A stretch of DNA of 64,000 bases from an uncultured Acidobacteriota bacterium (lineage in GTDB: Bacteria; Acidobacteriota; Thermoanaerobaculia; UBA5066): positions 1,120,001-1,184,000 of the forward strand of contig CAVZYA010000001.1 of NCBI GenBank assembly GCA_963779415.1, written 5' to 3'. Positions within the stretch are counted from its first letter, which is position 1. Each line of letters opens with the position of its first letter. The position numbers and the translations under genes are program-made. Below the pieces are notes generated by a model that saw only the letters and a list, made by a program, of their open reading frames with translations, was not told the DNA's origin and ran no database searches. Shown piece by piece: positions 40,076 to 51,246 of this stretch.

Positions 40076-41697
40076 GCCTCCCCCACGGCGGCCCGGAGGC
40101 GCCGGACGAGATCCGCGACCTCTTCGCGGCGGGAGACGAGGGCCGCGCGCCCGGCGATCAGGACGGCCCGGCTCCTCGCGATCGTTTCGATCTCCGTAAG
40201 GCCGTTCGCGGCCATCGTGGAGCCGGTCTCGATCAGGTCGACGACGGCGTCCGTCAGGCGAAGGGCGGCCGCCAGCTCGACGGAGCCCGCGAGCGGGACG
40301 ATCTCGAACGGGACCTTCCGCGCGTCGAAGAAGCGGGCGGCCGACCGGCGGTACTTCGTCCCGACGCGGATCGGGTGCCCGTTCGGGCGGGGCGGATCCC
40401 CCGTACGGCCGATGAGCGAGAGGCGACAGACGCCGAAGGGGAACTCCATCGGCGAGAAGACCTCCTCGCCCGACTCTTCGACGCGGTCGCTTCCGACGAT
40501 CCCGAGGTCGGCGCCGCCGTGGGCGACGTAGGTCGGGACGTCGTCGTCCTTCAGGAGGAGAAGCTCGACCCGCCCGGAGAGGTCGGCGAGGACGAGCCGC
40601 CGGCCGTCCGGCTCCGGAAGCTCCACGCCCGCGGTGCGCAGCACGCCGAGCGCCTCCGGCAGGAGCCGCCCCTTCCCTACGGCGAGACGGAGCGGCCTCC
40701 GCGCGCCCGGGCTCTCCGGCCCCGCGAGAGCCGTCGAGAGCGCTTCGAGGCCGACACAGAAGCCGAGAGCCGGCATCGGCGCGCCGAAGCGGCCGAGGAG
40801 GCCGTCGTACCGTCCCCCCGAAGCCAGAGGCGCCGCGCCGTCCGCGGCGTCGATCGCGAACGTGATGCCGGTGTAGTAGGGGGCCTCCGGAGTTCCGGCG
40901 AGGTCGACGACCACGGAGATCCCGGGGCGCGCCGCTCGTACCGCGGCTCCCGCGCGGAGGAGCGCCTCCGCCCCTTCGCGGAGGACCGGCGCGCCGAAGA
41001 GCGGCGAGGCGGGATCGAATCCGGAAAGGAGCGACCGGGCGATCTCGGCCGCTCGATCGCGGGTCGCGCCCGCTTCGAAGAGACGCTTCTCGACCGAGCT
41101 GACGCGCCGCGCCCGCGCTTCTTCCTCGGCAGCCCCGAGCGAGGCCCCATCCCCGCGGGCGAGGGCCGGAGCCGTGGCCGCGAGGAGCGACGGGAGAAGC
41201 CCCGCGAAGCCGAGCGTCACATGGAGCCGCTCAGTCGGGATCTCTGCGAGGCAATCGAGCGCGAGGGCGAGCATCGTTTCGTCCGCCGTGAACGACGGGT
41301 CGCCGTACCGTTCGGCCCCCACCTGCGCGAACTCGCGGGCCCGGCCGACGCCGCTCGGCTCGTCCCGGACGACGTCGCCGCGATAGAAGAGGGAAAGCGG
41401 AAACGCATCGGGCGAGAGGCGAGGCGCCACGACGCGGGCCGCCATCGGCGTGAAGTCGGCCCGAAGCGAGAGAGTCTGCCCCTCCCGGTCGAGGAACCGG
41501 TAGAGGCGCTCGTCCCCCTCGGCCGTGACGCCCCGGTAGGGGTCGGCGTAGTCGAGGACCGGAAGGATCACCTCCGCGAGGCCCGCCGCGACGAGGCGCG
41601 AGACGACCGCGTCTTCCGCCTTTCGACGGCGCGCGGCCGCCTCGAAAAGGAAGGCCGAGACGCCGCGCGGGAGATTCGGATCGGGGGAGGGGCTCAT
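40069..41697 (-). CDS. hisZ: Fused HisZ (ATP-PRT regulatory subunit) - short-form HisG
   Basis: HisRS-like LPRG, LRADFT, REFAQVGAE, YYTG, GGRYD followed in frame by AVGKGRL, DVPTYV, GSVE, DLIETGST. Confidence 0.88.
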   Translation of the reverse strand: MSPSPDPNLPRGVSAFLFEAAARRRKAEDAVVSRLVAAGLAEVILPVLDYADPYRGVTAEGDERLYRFLDREGQTLSLRADFTPMAARVVAPRLSPDAFPLSLFYRGDVVRDEPSGVGRAREFAQVGAERYGDPSFTADETMLALALDCLAEIPTERLHVTLGFAGLLPSLLAATAPALARGDGASLGAAEEEARARRVSSVEKRLFEAGATRDRAAEIARSLLSGFDPASPLFGAPVLREGAEALLRAGAAVRAARPGISVVVDLAGTPEAPYYTGITFAIDAADGAAPLASGGRYDGLLGRFGAPMPALGFCVGLEALSTALAGPESPGARRPLRLAVGKGRLLPEALGVLRTAGVELPEPDGRRLVLADLSGRVELLLLKDDDVPTYVAHGGADLGIVGSDRVEESGEEVFSPMEFPFGVCRLSLIGRTGDPPRPNGHPIRVGTKYRRSAARFFDARKVPFEIVPLAGSVELAAALRLTDAVVDLIETGSTMAANGLTEIETIARSRAVLIAGRAALVSRREEVADLVRRLRAAVGEAC

Positions 41698-43207
41698 CTC
41701 GTCGCTCCGGTGGCTGAGGGTGGCGCCGAGGCGAAGAGACCCCGTTTCCGTGCGGGAAGCCGGGAGACGAGGTCCGCCGCGGAGACGGACCGCCCGGTGA
41801 AGAGCGCCGCCTGTCCGGCCGCCTGCGCGAGAAGGAACGTAAAGCCGTCCACGACCTCGCACCCCGCCGCGCGCGCCGCGCGAGCGAGCGCCGTCCCTCC
41901 TTCCCGGTACGGCGCGTCGACGACGAGGAGGCCGGGGACCAGAATCGAAGCCTCGCAGGGGAGCGGGTCGTCGGCGCCGAGACCCAGCGGTGTCGCGTTG
42001 ACGAGAACCCGGGGAGAGACCCCCGGGAGATTCTCTGAATGGAATACAGAACCCGAGCGGACCGCGAAAGCCTCTCCCTTCTCGCGATCGCGCGTGCTCA
42101 CGAAGACCTCGTACCGCTTCTTTCGGAGAATTCCGACGGCGATCCGAGCCGTCCCTCCGGCTCCGAGGACGAGGGCACGTTCTCCCTCTTTCGCAGAGGG
42201 AATCAACTCGTCCAGCGCCTCGCCGTCCGTGTTCTCCCCGCGGACGGCGTCCTTTCCTTCGAAGAGAAGCGTGTTCATCGGCTCGCGTCGCGCCGGCGAT
42301 CGCGGCGGCTTCTTCCTTGAACGGGATCGTCACGGACGCCCCCGAGAGGGGAAGCCTGAGGCGAGCGAGGCCGTCGCGAAGGGCCGGCAGCTCGTTCACG
42401 AGTGAGCGGAGGGCGAAGGGAACGTAGAGGGCCTCCTCGTCGAGGGCCTCGAAGTTCGCGTTCTGGAGGGCGGGCGAGAAGCGAGTGGGAGACACGCGAG
42501 CCGAGGAGGGCGACGAGACGAGAGGCGCGTCGCGCCCGGCCCACGCCGTAGACGTCGCGGAGGTCCCGCGCCTGAAGCTGTCCCGGCGCCGTGGCGCCGC
42601 CCGGCACGATCGAGGCGAACATCAGCGGGGCGCCGAAATAAGGAGCGAGAACTCGCGTGGCTATCCCGGCCTCTCCCATGCCGAAGAGGGAGACGTTCGA
42701 TCCCTCGAACGATTTCTGGGCTTCGAGAAGGCGGACGGCGTCGTTCGAGTCGTTTGCCGTCCCGACGACCTTCACGTATCGGGCGCCGGTCGCGGCCATC
42801 CGCTCGGCGAGGCCGGCGACGTCGGGCGGAAGCCCTTCGAGATCGTGGACGGAGACGACGACCTTCGAGGGAGCGAGGCCCATGAGGTCGGCGTTCGTTC
42901 CGGCCCGGTACTCCACGTCCGACGAAGTCGAAGCCCGCCGCGAGCGCCTTCGAGAGGAGCGATCGGGCCTCTTCGGCGCTCCCCGAGAAACCGCCCCCCT
43001 CCGCCGTCGACCGGAGAGTGGCGACCAGGGTCTTCCCTTCGAAGCACGCGCGCAGCGCGCCGAAGTCTCCCGGTTCCCGGAGGGCGTCGAGCCGGACCTC
43101 GACGGCGGTCGAGGTCTCTCGCGAATGCCGCCGCCTCGCGGGCCTCCGCCATCGAGGAAGGCCCGAACGGAGCCGACGATCCGCGTCTTTTCCGCGCTCA
43201 GGACCAA
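41694..43207 (-). CDS. Type I 3-dehydroquinate dehydratase / shikimate dehydrogenase fusion (AroD-AroE), several frameshifts
   Basis: VEVRLD, TLR..EGG, SVHD, GMGE.G..R, APGQ; HS, SVTIPFK, NTD, LGAGG, NATPLG across frames; start uncertain. Confidence 0.85.
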
Positions 43208-43236
43208 ACGAAAACCCCCTCCGGTCCGGAGGGGGT
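43206..43236 (-). terminator. Attenuator terminator hairpin
   Basis: ACCCCCUCCG-GAC-CGGAGGGGGU 10-bp stem followed by UUUCGUUU on - strand, just upstream of aroD. Confidence 0.88.
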
Positions 43237-43306
43237 CGAAGTCGCTGCTTCTGGCCTTCGCGCCCTCCGGACAACTCCCTGTCCGGCGGCGAGAACGCCC
43301 GCCGGC

Positions 43307-43342
43307 TCAGTTGTGGTGACCGTGCCAGTGAAGAGCCAGCAT
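43307..43342 (-). CDS. His/Trp-rich attenuator leader peptide MLALHWHGHHN
   Basis: ATG CTG GCT CTT CAC TGG CAC GGT CAC CAC AAC TGA; lies between promoter and terminator upstream of the aro-his-trp operon. Confidence 0.85.
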   Translation of the reverse strand: MLALHWHGHHN

Positions 43343-43351
43343 GAGACGCGA

Positions 43352-43377
43352 ATTGAAACCCGCCCGGGGGAGCGCTG

Positions 43378-43381
<4 letters not shown>
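43352..43381 (-). promoter_or_regulatory. Sigma70-type promoter of the aro-his-trp operon
   Basis: Perfect TTGACA (43381-43376, overlapping cysS stop), 18 nt, TTCAAT; the leader ATG follows 9 nt later. Confidence 0.6.
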
Positions 43382-44834
<1,453 letters not shown>

Positions 44835-44920
44835 GACGGGCGATTCTCGACGACCGCTGCGGATTTCGCCAGCGAGCGTGCGGAAAGCGGCCTTCGGGTT
44901 CTGCGATACCCTTGGGCGCC

Positions 44921-45832
44921 ATGTTTCGATCGCCCGCCGCCGCCCCGCTGATTCTTCTCGTCGACGACGACCCTTTTCAGGCCGAGGTGGCGTCGTACAT
45001 CGCCTACGAGCTCGGCTGCGACTTCGACAGCGCGATCTCCGGAACCGAGGCGCTGGAGAAGGTCGCCGCGCGGAAGCCCGACCTGATCCTCCTCGACGTC
45101 CGGATGCCCGACCTCTCCGGCTACGAGGTCTGCCGCCGGGTGAAGACCGCGCCCGAGACCGCCGACACGCAGGTCATCTTCGTCACCGCCCGGACGGAGG
45201 AGGAGGACCTCCTCGCCGGATTCGAGGCGCTCGCGAACGACTACGTGACGAAGCCCTTCTCGGCCCGCGAGCTGAAGGCGCGCGTCAAGAACGCCCTCCG
45301 GGTCAAGAGCCTCCTCGACACGCTCACCGCGCGGACGCGGCTCCTCGAGGCGCAGCAGGAGATCACGGACCAGCTCGACTCCGACGACGTCACGTCGGAC
45401 GAGCTCCGGAGCGGCCGTCTCGGCCCGATCCTCGACCGGATCGCCGCCACGTTCGGAGCCGACGGAGCCACCCTCCATCTCCGGCGTCCGGGGCGCGGCG
45501 AGCTGGCCGCGATCGCCTCCTCCAAGTGGCCGGCCGGCGAGCCGCCGGCCCACCTCGCCGCGCTCGCGCTGCAGGAGGACCCGCGTGTGGAGCGCGCGCC
45601 GCGGATGCCGGGCGAAGTGCGGGACTCCGGCGGCGAGTGGACCATCTCGTCGGCGCCTCTCTGGGCGGGGCCCGAGCTGATCGGGACCCTCCGGCTCCAC
45701 CGCCGCGCCGTTCTCGCGCCCCCGGGGGAGTCTCCCGAGCTCGAGCACCTCGTCGCCTTCGCCTCGCACCTCGCCCGGACCCTTCACCGGGTCCAGCTGA
45801 CCGAGTCGTTGCGCGAGCGGGCCGCCGGCTGA
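44921..45832 (+). CDS. Response regulator receiver domain with C-terminal GAF-like domain
   Basis: LLVDDD, DLILLDVRMP, DYVTKPF. Confidence 0.85.
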   Translation: MFRSPAAAPLILLVDDDPFQAEVASYIAYELGCDFDSAISGTEALEKVAARKPDLILLDVRMPDLSGYEVCRRVKTAPETADTQVIFVTARTEEEDLLAGFEALANDYVTKPFSARELKARVKNALRVKSLLDTLTARTRLLEAQQEITDQLDSDDVTSDELRSGRLGPILDRIAATFGADGATLHLRRPGRGELAAIASSKWPAGEPPAHLAALALQEDPRVERAPRMPGEVRDSGGEWTISSAPLWAGPELIGTLRLHRRAVLAPPGESPELEHLVAFASHLARTLHRVQLTESLRERAAG

Positions 45833-45839
45833 CGCCGGC

Positions 45840-46355
45840 CTACCAGCTTCCCTCCCGCCTCCTCTTGGCCGCCTTCCGGAGGAGCAGGCTCTTCTTCAGG
45901 CTCGAGAGCCGGTCGACGTAGAGGTGCCTGTGGAGGTGGTCGATCTCGTGGCAAAGCGCACGGGCGAAGAGGTCGCGGCCGGAGAGGGTCCGGATGGCCC
46001 CGGTCCCGTCCTGCGCCTCCACCGTCACCTCCTCGGGACGGTCGACGACCTCCACGAGGTCCGGAAGGGAGAGGCACCCCTCCTCCTCGCGGACCCGCCC
46101 GCGCTCCGACACGACTCTCGGGTTCACGAGAACGACGACCCCGGAGGGGTCCTTGCCGACCGAGAGGTCGATGATCGCCACGCGGAGATTCACTCCGATC
46201 TGGGGTGCGGCGAGGCCGACGCCGGGAGCGGCCCAGCACGTTTCGGTGAGGTCCCGGATCAGCTCCGAAAGGGCCGGGCTTCCAAAGTCCGAAATCTCCT
46301 CGTTCGGGGCGAGGAGCCGGGGATCCCCGTACTTGACGATCTCGCGTATGGCCAA
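45840..46355 (-). CDS. def: Peptide deformylase
   Basis: GVGLAAPQIG, EGCLS, HEIDHL. Confidence 0.96.
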   Translation of the reverse strand: MAIREIVKYGDPRLLAPNEEISDFGSPALSELIRDLTETCWAAPGVGLAAPQIGVNLRVAIIDLSVGKDPSGVVVLVNPRVVSERGRVREEEGCLSLPDLVEVVDRPEEVTVEAQDGTGAIRTLSGRDLFARALCHEIDHLHRHLYVDRLSSLKKSLLLRKAAKRRREGSW

Positions 46356-46473
46356 TGAGTTGTCCCCTCCGCGGCGGGTCCCGCCCGTGCGCGCCAGATT
46401 GACCGGGGAGGGGGGCGGAGGTCAAGTCGTCCCCGGGCGGTGACGGTCCCGCTGGTACAGAGGTCGCATAAGA

Positions 46474-48375
46474 ATGACCGGAGGAATGGAAATGAGACGC
46501 GGCCAGGCCGCCGGAACCGCCGTCCTTTTCCTCGCCGCGGCCCTCGCGGGGCCGGCGGCGGCCGAGCGCGAGTCCTACTCCTACGTCTCGTACGCGGGGA
46601 ACGACGTCTCCCTCCTCTCCAGCGCCTCAGACGAGGAGATTGCCCGGATCAACACCCCGGTTCTCGGGGGAGACCGGATGGTGACCGGCGCGGCATCGCG
46701 CGCCGAGGTCGTCCTGGCGAGCGGAAACATCATCCGGATCGACGGAAGAACCGAGATCCGGTTCGACCGGATGTCCCGGACGTACGAGTCGGACGACGAC
46801 CGGGATCTTCTCTATCTTCTTCGCGGCTCGGTCGCCGTGGACGTCCGCGAAGCCGCCTTCGGCGAGGAGGCCTTCCGCCTCGACACGGACGACGCGACCG
46901 TCGTGATGGAGGGGAGCGGCCAGCTTCGCATCGACGCCGGGCCGCGCGGCTCGGTGATCACCGTCGTGGCCGGAGAAGCCGAGGTGACGGGACGGGGAGG
47001 CTCCGCGACTCTCCAGGCCGGAGAGTCCGCCGCCGTGAGCGGCTCCGAGCCGTTCGAGGCCGAGAGATTCGATCCCCCGCGCGACAGGTTCGCGCGTTTC
47101 GTCGAAGAACGGCGTGATCGCGGGACGCGTGGAGGCGCCGACACCTACGTCGGCTCCGACCTCCAGTACGAGGCCTCCGCCTCCGACCTCGAGGAGAACG
47201 GGAACTGGGTCTACGTCTCCGGATACCAGCGGTGGTGCTGGCGGCCAACCGTCGCCGCCGACTGGCGCCCTTACTCCTCCGGCACCTGGCGCTGGACGCC
47301 GTGCGGCCTGACATGGGTCTCGTACGAGCCGTGGGGCTGGCTCCCCTACCACTACGGCGACTGGTCCTGGGACAGCCTCGCCGGTTGGGTCTGGATCCCC
47401 GGATCCCTTTACGCCCCGGCATGGGTCTACTGGAGCTACACCCCTTCATGGACCGGCTGGTGCCCGATGGGCTACTACCAGCACCCCCGGCACCATCGCG
47501 TGAACAAGACGGTCTACGGAGCCGATGGAAGCGGATCGCGGATCCCCTACTTCCGAGGACGAGTCGACATCTCGAAGGTCGACCAGAGGGGGTGGAACTA
47601 CGCCCCTTCGACGCGTCTCGGCAGCCGCCTAGACCCGTCGCATGACATCGTTCGCGGAGAACGCCTCTCCTTCCGCCCCGGCGAGACCGGGATCATCTCC
47701 ACGGCGCCTCTCCGGATCGAGAAAGGCTCCGGTCCCGCTTCGGCGGCGGTCCGGGACGCCGTCGGGAAGATCTCCGGGTCTCCCGTGTCGCGGAGTCACC
47801 TCCCCGTGAACGAGGGCCTCACGGCGATCCTCCGGCGCGACGCGAGCCTGACGCCGGCCGCCGAGCAGGAGCTTCGCCGTTCGCTCGTCCGCCTCAGCGC
47901 CCGTGAGACGTTCCGTCCCGTCTCGCCCGAGTCTCTCCTCCAGGCGACCGTGACGGAGAGGCCGGCGGTCTGGACGGACGATTGGCGGACGTCGACCCCC
48001 CGAAGCCGCGCAGGCGGCCACACCGCGATCTCGTCCACCCGGAGGCCCGACCCCGTGCGGGACAACGGCTGGCGCTCCCCCGCCTCGACGGCGCCGCGCG
48101 ATATCGCCCCGAAAACGGCCGGACCGCCGGGAAGCGACACCGGATGGCGCGCCCCCCACCCGCAGTCGCGCCGCGAATCCGTCGCCCCGTCGACCCCCCG
48201 CACCCCCGGGAGCGACTGGCGTGACGCGCCGAGACGCGATCTCCCCTCTCCACGGTACGAGGCCCCGCGCCAGGCTCCGGCTTCGCCCCCCGCGCCCCGT
48301 CTCTCGGCCCCGGCTCCTCAGGCGGCACCGCAAGTGGCCCCCGCCCCGCGAGGCGACGCTCCCAGGCAGCACTGA
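46474..48375 (+). CDS. Secreted FecR-like + Trp/Tyr-rich (DUF6600-like) protein with Pro/Arg-rich tail
   Basis: Signal peptide; GDRMVTG..RAEV; WRPY..G.W...WVSYEPWGWLPYHYGDW. Confidence 0.75.
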   Translation: MTGGMEMRRGQAAGTAVLFLAAALAGPAAAERESYSYVSYAGNDVSLLSSASDEEIARINTPVLGGDRMVTGAASRAEVVLASGNIIRIDGRTEIRFDRMSRTYESDDDRDLLYLLRGSVAVDVREAAFGEEAFRLDTDDATVVMEGSGQLRIDAGPRGSVITVVAGEAEVTGRGGSATLQAGESAAVSGSEPFEAERFDPPRDRFARFVEERRDRGTRGGADTYVGSDLQYEASASDLEENGNWVYVSGYQRWCWRPTVAADWRPYSSGTWRWTPCGLTWVSYEPWGWLPYHYGDWSWDSLAGWVWIPGSLYAPAWVYWSYTPSWTGWCPMGYYQHPRHHRVNKTVYGADGSGSRIPYFRGRVDISKVDQRGWNYAPSTRLGSRLDPSHDIVRGERLSFRPGETGIISTAPLRIEKGSGPASAAVRDAVGKISGSPVSRSHLPVNEGLTAILRRDASLTPAAEQELRRSLVRLSARETFRPVSPESLLQATVTERPAVWTDDWRTSTPRSRAGGHTAISSTRRPDPVRDNGWRSPASTAPRDIAPKTAGPPGSDTGWRAPHPQSRRESVAPSTPRTPGSDWRDAPRRDLPSPRYEAPRQAPASPPAPRLSAPAPQAAPQVAPAPRGDAPRQH

Positions 48376-48408
48376 CGCCATCCGTCGGCTCGCCTCTAGA
48401 ATGCCGCG

Positions 48409-48690
48409 ATGGCCACGCCGGCCGAGTCGAAGATCCTCCGCTTCCTGACGATCATCTACTTCGCCGAGGCCGGCGCCTTCCTCGCCGTCGCGCCGTGGAG
48501 CCTCTTCTGGATCCGGCGGATCGTGGCCCGATCCCCCGCGCTCGTGCAGCCGCTCCTCCTCTCCCCGTATTTCCGGAGCTTCCTCGTCGGGCTGGGGATC
48601 CTTCACCTTTTCGTCGCCTTTCGCGACCTCGAAGCGTGGCGCAAGGCCTCCTGGGGACGTGCGCGTCCGGCCGAAGGGACGGCCTCGTGA
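48409..48690 (+). CDS. Small two-TM hypothetical protein
   Basis: Two hydrophobic segments; TAGAAT upstream; overlaps acpS start. Confidence 0.65.
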   Translation: MATPAESKILRFLTIIYFAEAGAFLAVAPWSLFWIRRIVARSPALVQPLLLSPYFRSFLVGLGILHLFVAFRDLEAWRKASWGRARPAEGTAS

Positions 48691-49121
48691 GCGACGGGCC
48701 TTCCGCCGCTCCCTTTGCGGCGCTCTCTCACGGCGGAACGGTCGTCGGGATCGGGACGGATCTTTGCGAGGTGCCGCGGATTTCCGAAGCCCTCGAGAGG
48801 CACGGGGACCGGTTCCTTCGGCGTCTCTTTCTCGACGGGGAGATCCGCCGGTCGCGCTCGTCCCCCGCCTTCGCCGAGCACGTGGCCGGACTCTTCGCAG
48901 CGAAGGAGGCGGCGATGAAGGCGCTCGGCACCGGGATGCAGGGTGTCGCCTTCCGGGAGATCGCAATCCTCCGCGAGAGGGGCGCCGCGCCCCGGCTCTC
49001 CTTCCGCGGCCGCGCGGCGAGACGCGCCGAGGCACTCGGCGTCAAGGCCGCCCACGTCACCATCACCCACACGCGCACTCTCGCTTCGGCCGTCGTCCTC
49101 CTTCTCGCCCGCGAAGACTAG
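48687..49121 (+). CDS. acpS: Holo-[acyl-carrier-protein] synthase
   Basis: GIGTDL, FAAKEAAMKALGTG, HVTITH. Confidence 0.92.
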   Translation: MSDGPSAAPFAALSHGGTVVGIGTDLCEVPRISEALERHGDRFLRRLFLDGEIRRSRSSPAFAEHVAGLFAAKEAAMKALGTGMQGVAFREIAILRERGAAPRLSFRGRAARRAEALGVKAAHVTITHTRTLASAVVLLLARED

Positions 49122-49133
49122 AATCGTCCTCTC

Positions 49134-49532
49134 GTGAGCAGCCTCCCGGGCCCCCTCGCCGGGCGCAAGATCCTGATCGTCGACGACGAGCCCTACATCC
49201 TGAAGATCGTCGCCTTCAAGCTGCGCCTCTCCGGGATGACCCCGTTCGAGGCGACCTCGGGCGAGGAAGCCCTCCGGATCCTCCGCGAGGAGTCGCCCGA
49301 GCTGATCCTCCTCGACGTCTCCCTCACCCCGGGCCTCTCGGGCTTCGACCTCTGCCGGATCCTCAAGGAGAACCCGGGAACCTCGCGCATCCCCATCGTC
49401 ATGCTCACGGCGCGGACCCACCCCTCCGAGCGCGACCTCGGTCTCCGCCTCGGCGCCCACTCCTACGTCACGAAGCCCTTCTCGACCAAGGTCCTCCTCC
49501 GCGAGATCGAAAGCGCGCTCGAAACGGCCTGA
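49134..49532 (+). CDS. Single-domain response regulator
   Basis: ILIVDDEP, LILLDV, MLTA, YVTKPF. Confidence 0.9.
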   Translation: MSSLPGPLAGRKILIVDDEPYILKIVAFKLRLSGMTPFEATSGEEALRILREESPELILLDVSLTPGLSGFDLCRILKENPGTSRIPIVMLTARTHPSERDLGLRLGAHSYVTKPFSTKVLLREIESALETA

Positions 49533-49551
49533 GCTCGCACGCCACGGCCAG

Positions 49552-50085
49552 ATGATGCAAGGGCTCGGACTCGCCGTCCCCGGCTCATGGCTCTCGACCA
49601 TTGGACTCGCCGTGGCCTGGCTTGCGCTGATGCTGGCCTGTAGCCCGCTCGCAGACAGGGTCGCGACCCGACTGGTTGCCAGGCCACCAAACCTCGGCGC
49701 CTTCCGTGTGCTTCAGCAGTCCAGGGCCAAGCTCGTCCTCGGGATCGTCGTGGCCTGGCTCCTCGGGGGATTTCTCGAGGAGATCGTCTTCCGGGGAGTC
49801 ATCCTTCAATCGGCGAAAAAACTACTGTCCGCCTGGCTCGCCGCGCCCGCCGCAACTGCTGCCGCCGTCTGTGGCGCCGCCGCAGGAGCGGGCCTCGTGC
49901 ACCTCTATCAGGGTCCCCGTGCCGCGATCATCGTCACCCAGCTCTCGGTACTGTTCGGCCTGCTGTTCGTCCTGAGCGGGTACAACCTCTGGACGGTCAT
50001 CCTCTGTCACGGGCTCTACGACACCATCGCCTTCGTCAGGTTCGCCCGGAAACAGTCCAGATACTCAAATCTCGACGGCCAATGA
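49552..50085 (+). CDS. CPBP/Abi (CAAX-type) intramembrane metalloprotease
   Basis: EEIVFRG, HLYQG, HGLYD motifs. Confidence 0.85.
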   Translation: MMQGLGLAVPGSWLSTIGLAVAWLALMLACSPLADRVATRLVARPPNLGAFRVLQQSRAKLVLGIVVAWLLGGFLEEIVFRGVILQSAKKLLSAWLAAPAATAAAVCGAAAGAGLVHLYQGPRAAIIVTQLSVLFGLLFVLSGYNLWTVILCHGLYDTIAFVRFARKQSRYSNLDGQ

Positions 50086-50097
50086 TGGAAACGGCAT

Positions 50098-50598
50098 TCA
50101 GACCACCCGAAAGTCGTCGTCGGGATGAATCTCCAGAAAACCCTCGCCGTCCGTATCCACGACGACCGGACCGCCGCAGAAGAGACTCTGCCCTTTCAAG
50201 ACGCCACCAAGTCGCTCGCAGACGGCGTGCGCGCCGGTCTTCGGCTCGACTTCGACCCGGACGTACCGTTCCACCTCCGATGGCATCGACACCGTCTGGA
50301 TGACGAACGTCTCGAGATGAAGATCGATCGTGAAAAAGCCGTCGGTGGAGTGGCCGGCGTCGTAGACGGCCACTCCCGCGGCCTTCGCATCGCACCCCGT
50401 TGGCTGCCATCCGCTGATGCCGCACCGCTTGAACGGCGTCGTCAGGATCCCGATGGCCTTGGAGAACCAGCCCAGCTCGTCCTGCGGCGCCATCGAAAGC
50501 TTCGCGACCGTGCCCGGGGCGTCACACGCACGTGCGGCCCGGAGCCCCTTGAGTTCGTGGTACCAGTAATGGCGCTGCACCAGGCGGCGCATCGTCAA
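50098..50598 (-). CDS. Hypothetical protein
   Basis: 166-aa ORF of normal composition, Cys-containing, ends LEIHPDDDFRVV. Confidence 0.6.
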   Translation of the reverse strand: MTMRRLVQRHYWYHELKGLRAARACDAPGTVAKLSMAPQDELGWFSKAIGILTTPFKRCGISGWQPTGCDAKAAGVAVYDAGHSTDGFFTIDLHLETFVIQTVSMPSEVERYVRVEVEPKTGAHAVCERLGGVLKGQSLFCGGPVVVDTDGEGFLEIHPDDDFRVV

Positions 50599-50667
50599 CC
50601 TCCCCGCCTCACCCGCATCCGGCCGGACGAACCTGGCGCTCTCCGGAATCGGAGCATGTCGGGCGGC

Positions 50668-50940
50668 TCAGGCCTCCCGGGAGGCCACCTGAGGGTTCTT
50701 CCGCCTTTCCGGATGATGCGGTGGGGCGTCGGGACGATAGACGCGCCTCTCGTGCCGCAGATATCGCCGGGGAATCGGCTCGAACACTTCGCCCTTCTTC
50801 ACCATGTCGCGAATCAGCTCCTGCACGACGTTCCGCTCGGCGCCGATCGCCTCGGCCACCATCCCCACGCTCCGCAGAATGTCCCCTTCCGCGTGCTCGA
50901 GGTAGTCGATGATTCGCGCCCGGAGCTCAGCCTCCTTCAT
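50668..50940 (-). CDS. Small winged-HTH-like protein
   Basis: RIIDYL...VAEAIG.ERNVVQELIRDMVKKGEV; TATAAT at 50997-50992 upstream. Confidence 0.6.
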   Translation of the reverse strand: MKEAELRARIIDYLEHAEGDILRSVGMVAEAIGAERNVVQELIRDMVKKGEVFEPIPRRYLRHERRVYRPDAPPHHPERRKNPQVASREA

Positions 50941-50970
50941 CCCGGCTCCACCCCTCTTGCTGGTCTTACT

Positions 50971-51025
50971 GGGGTCAGGTCTCATTCCTTGATTATACGC
51001 CATCGGTGTCATCGGGGTCAGGTCT
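50971..51025 (+). repeat. Two GGGGTCAGGTCT motifs (50971-50982, 51014-51025)
   Basis: Exact 12-mers; the second is preceded by CCATCGGTGTCATC, which recurs at 52284-52305. Confidence 0.8.
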
Positions 51026-51246
51026 TACACCTCTATTCTACTCCCATTCTGACATCCCCTCCGAGATCCTACCGGGTCCCTCACGAACGTCGGCCTGGCG
51101 TCGCCAACGGGAAAAGAGATCCGCTCGGCCGAGGACCGCGAGAGCCGGCTCACGGCCGCCGTCGTCACGAAAGAATGCTCAACGAGAGGACAGCTTTCCG
51201 CTCGAGGCGCCGTGGACCGTCAGGGCGGCTTCGCGCCGCGGAGAGG

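Noticed and set aside
40069-42495. Apparent AroE-HisZ-HisG fusion (808 aa)
   Set aside because: The AroE C-terminus is in another frame ending at 41694, and HisZ has its own ATG at 41697.
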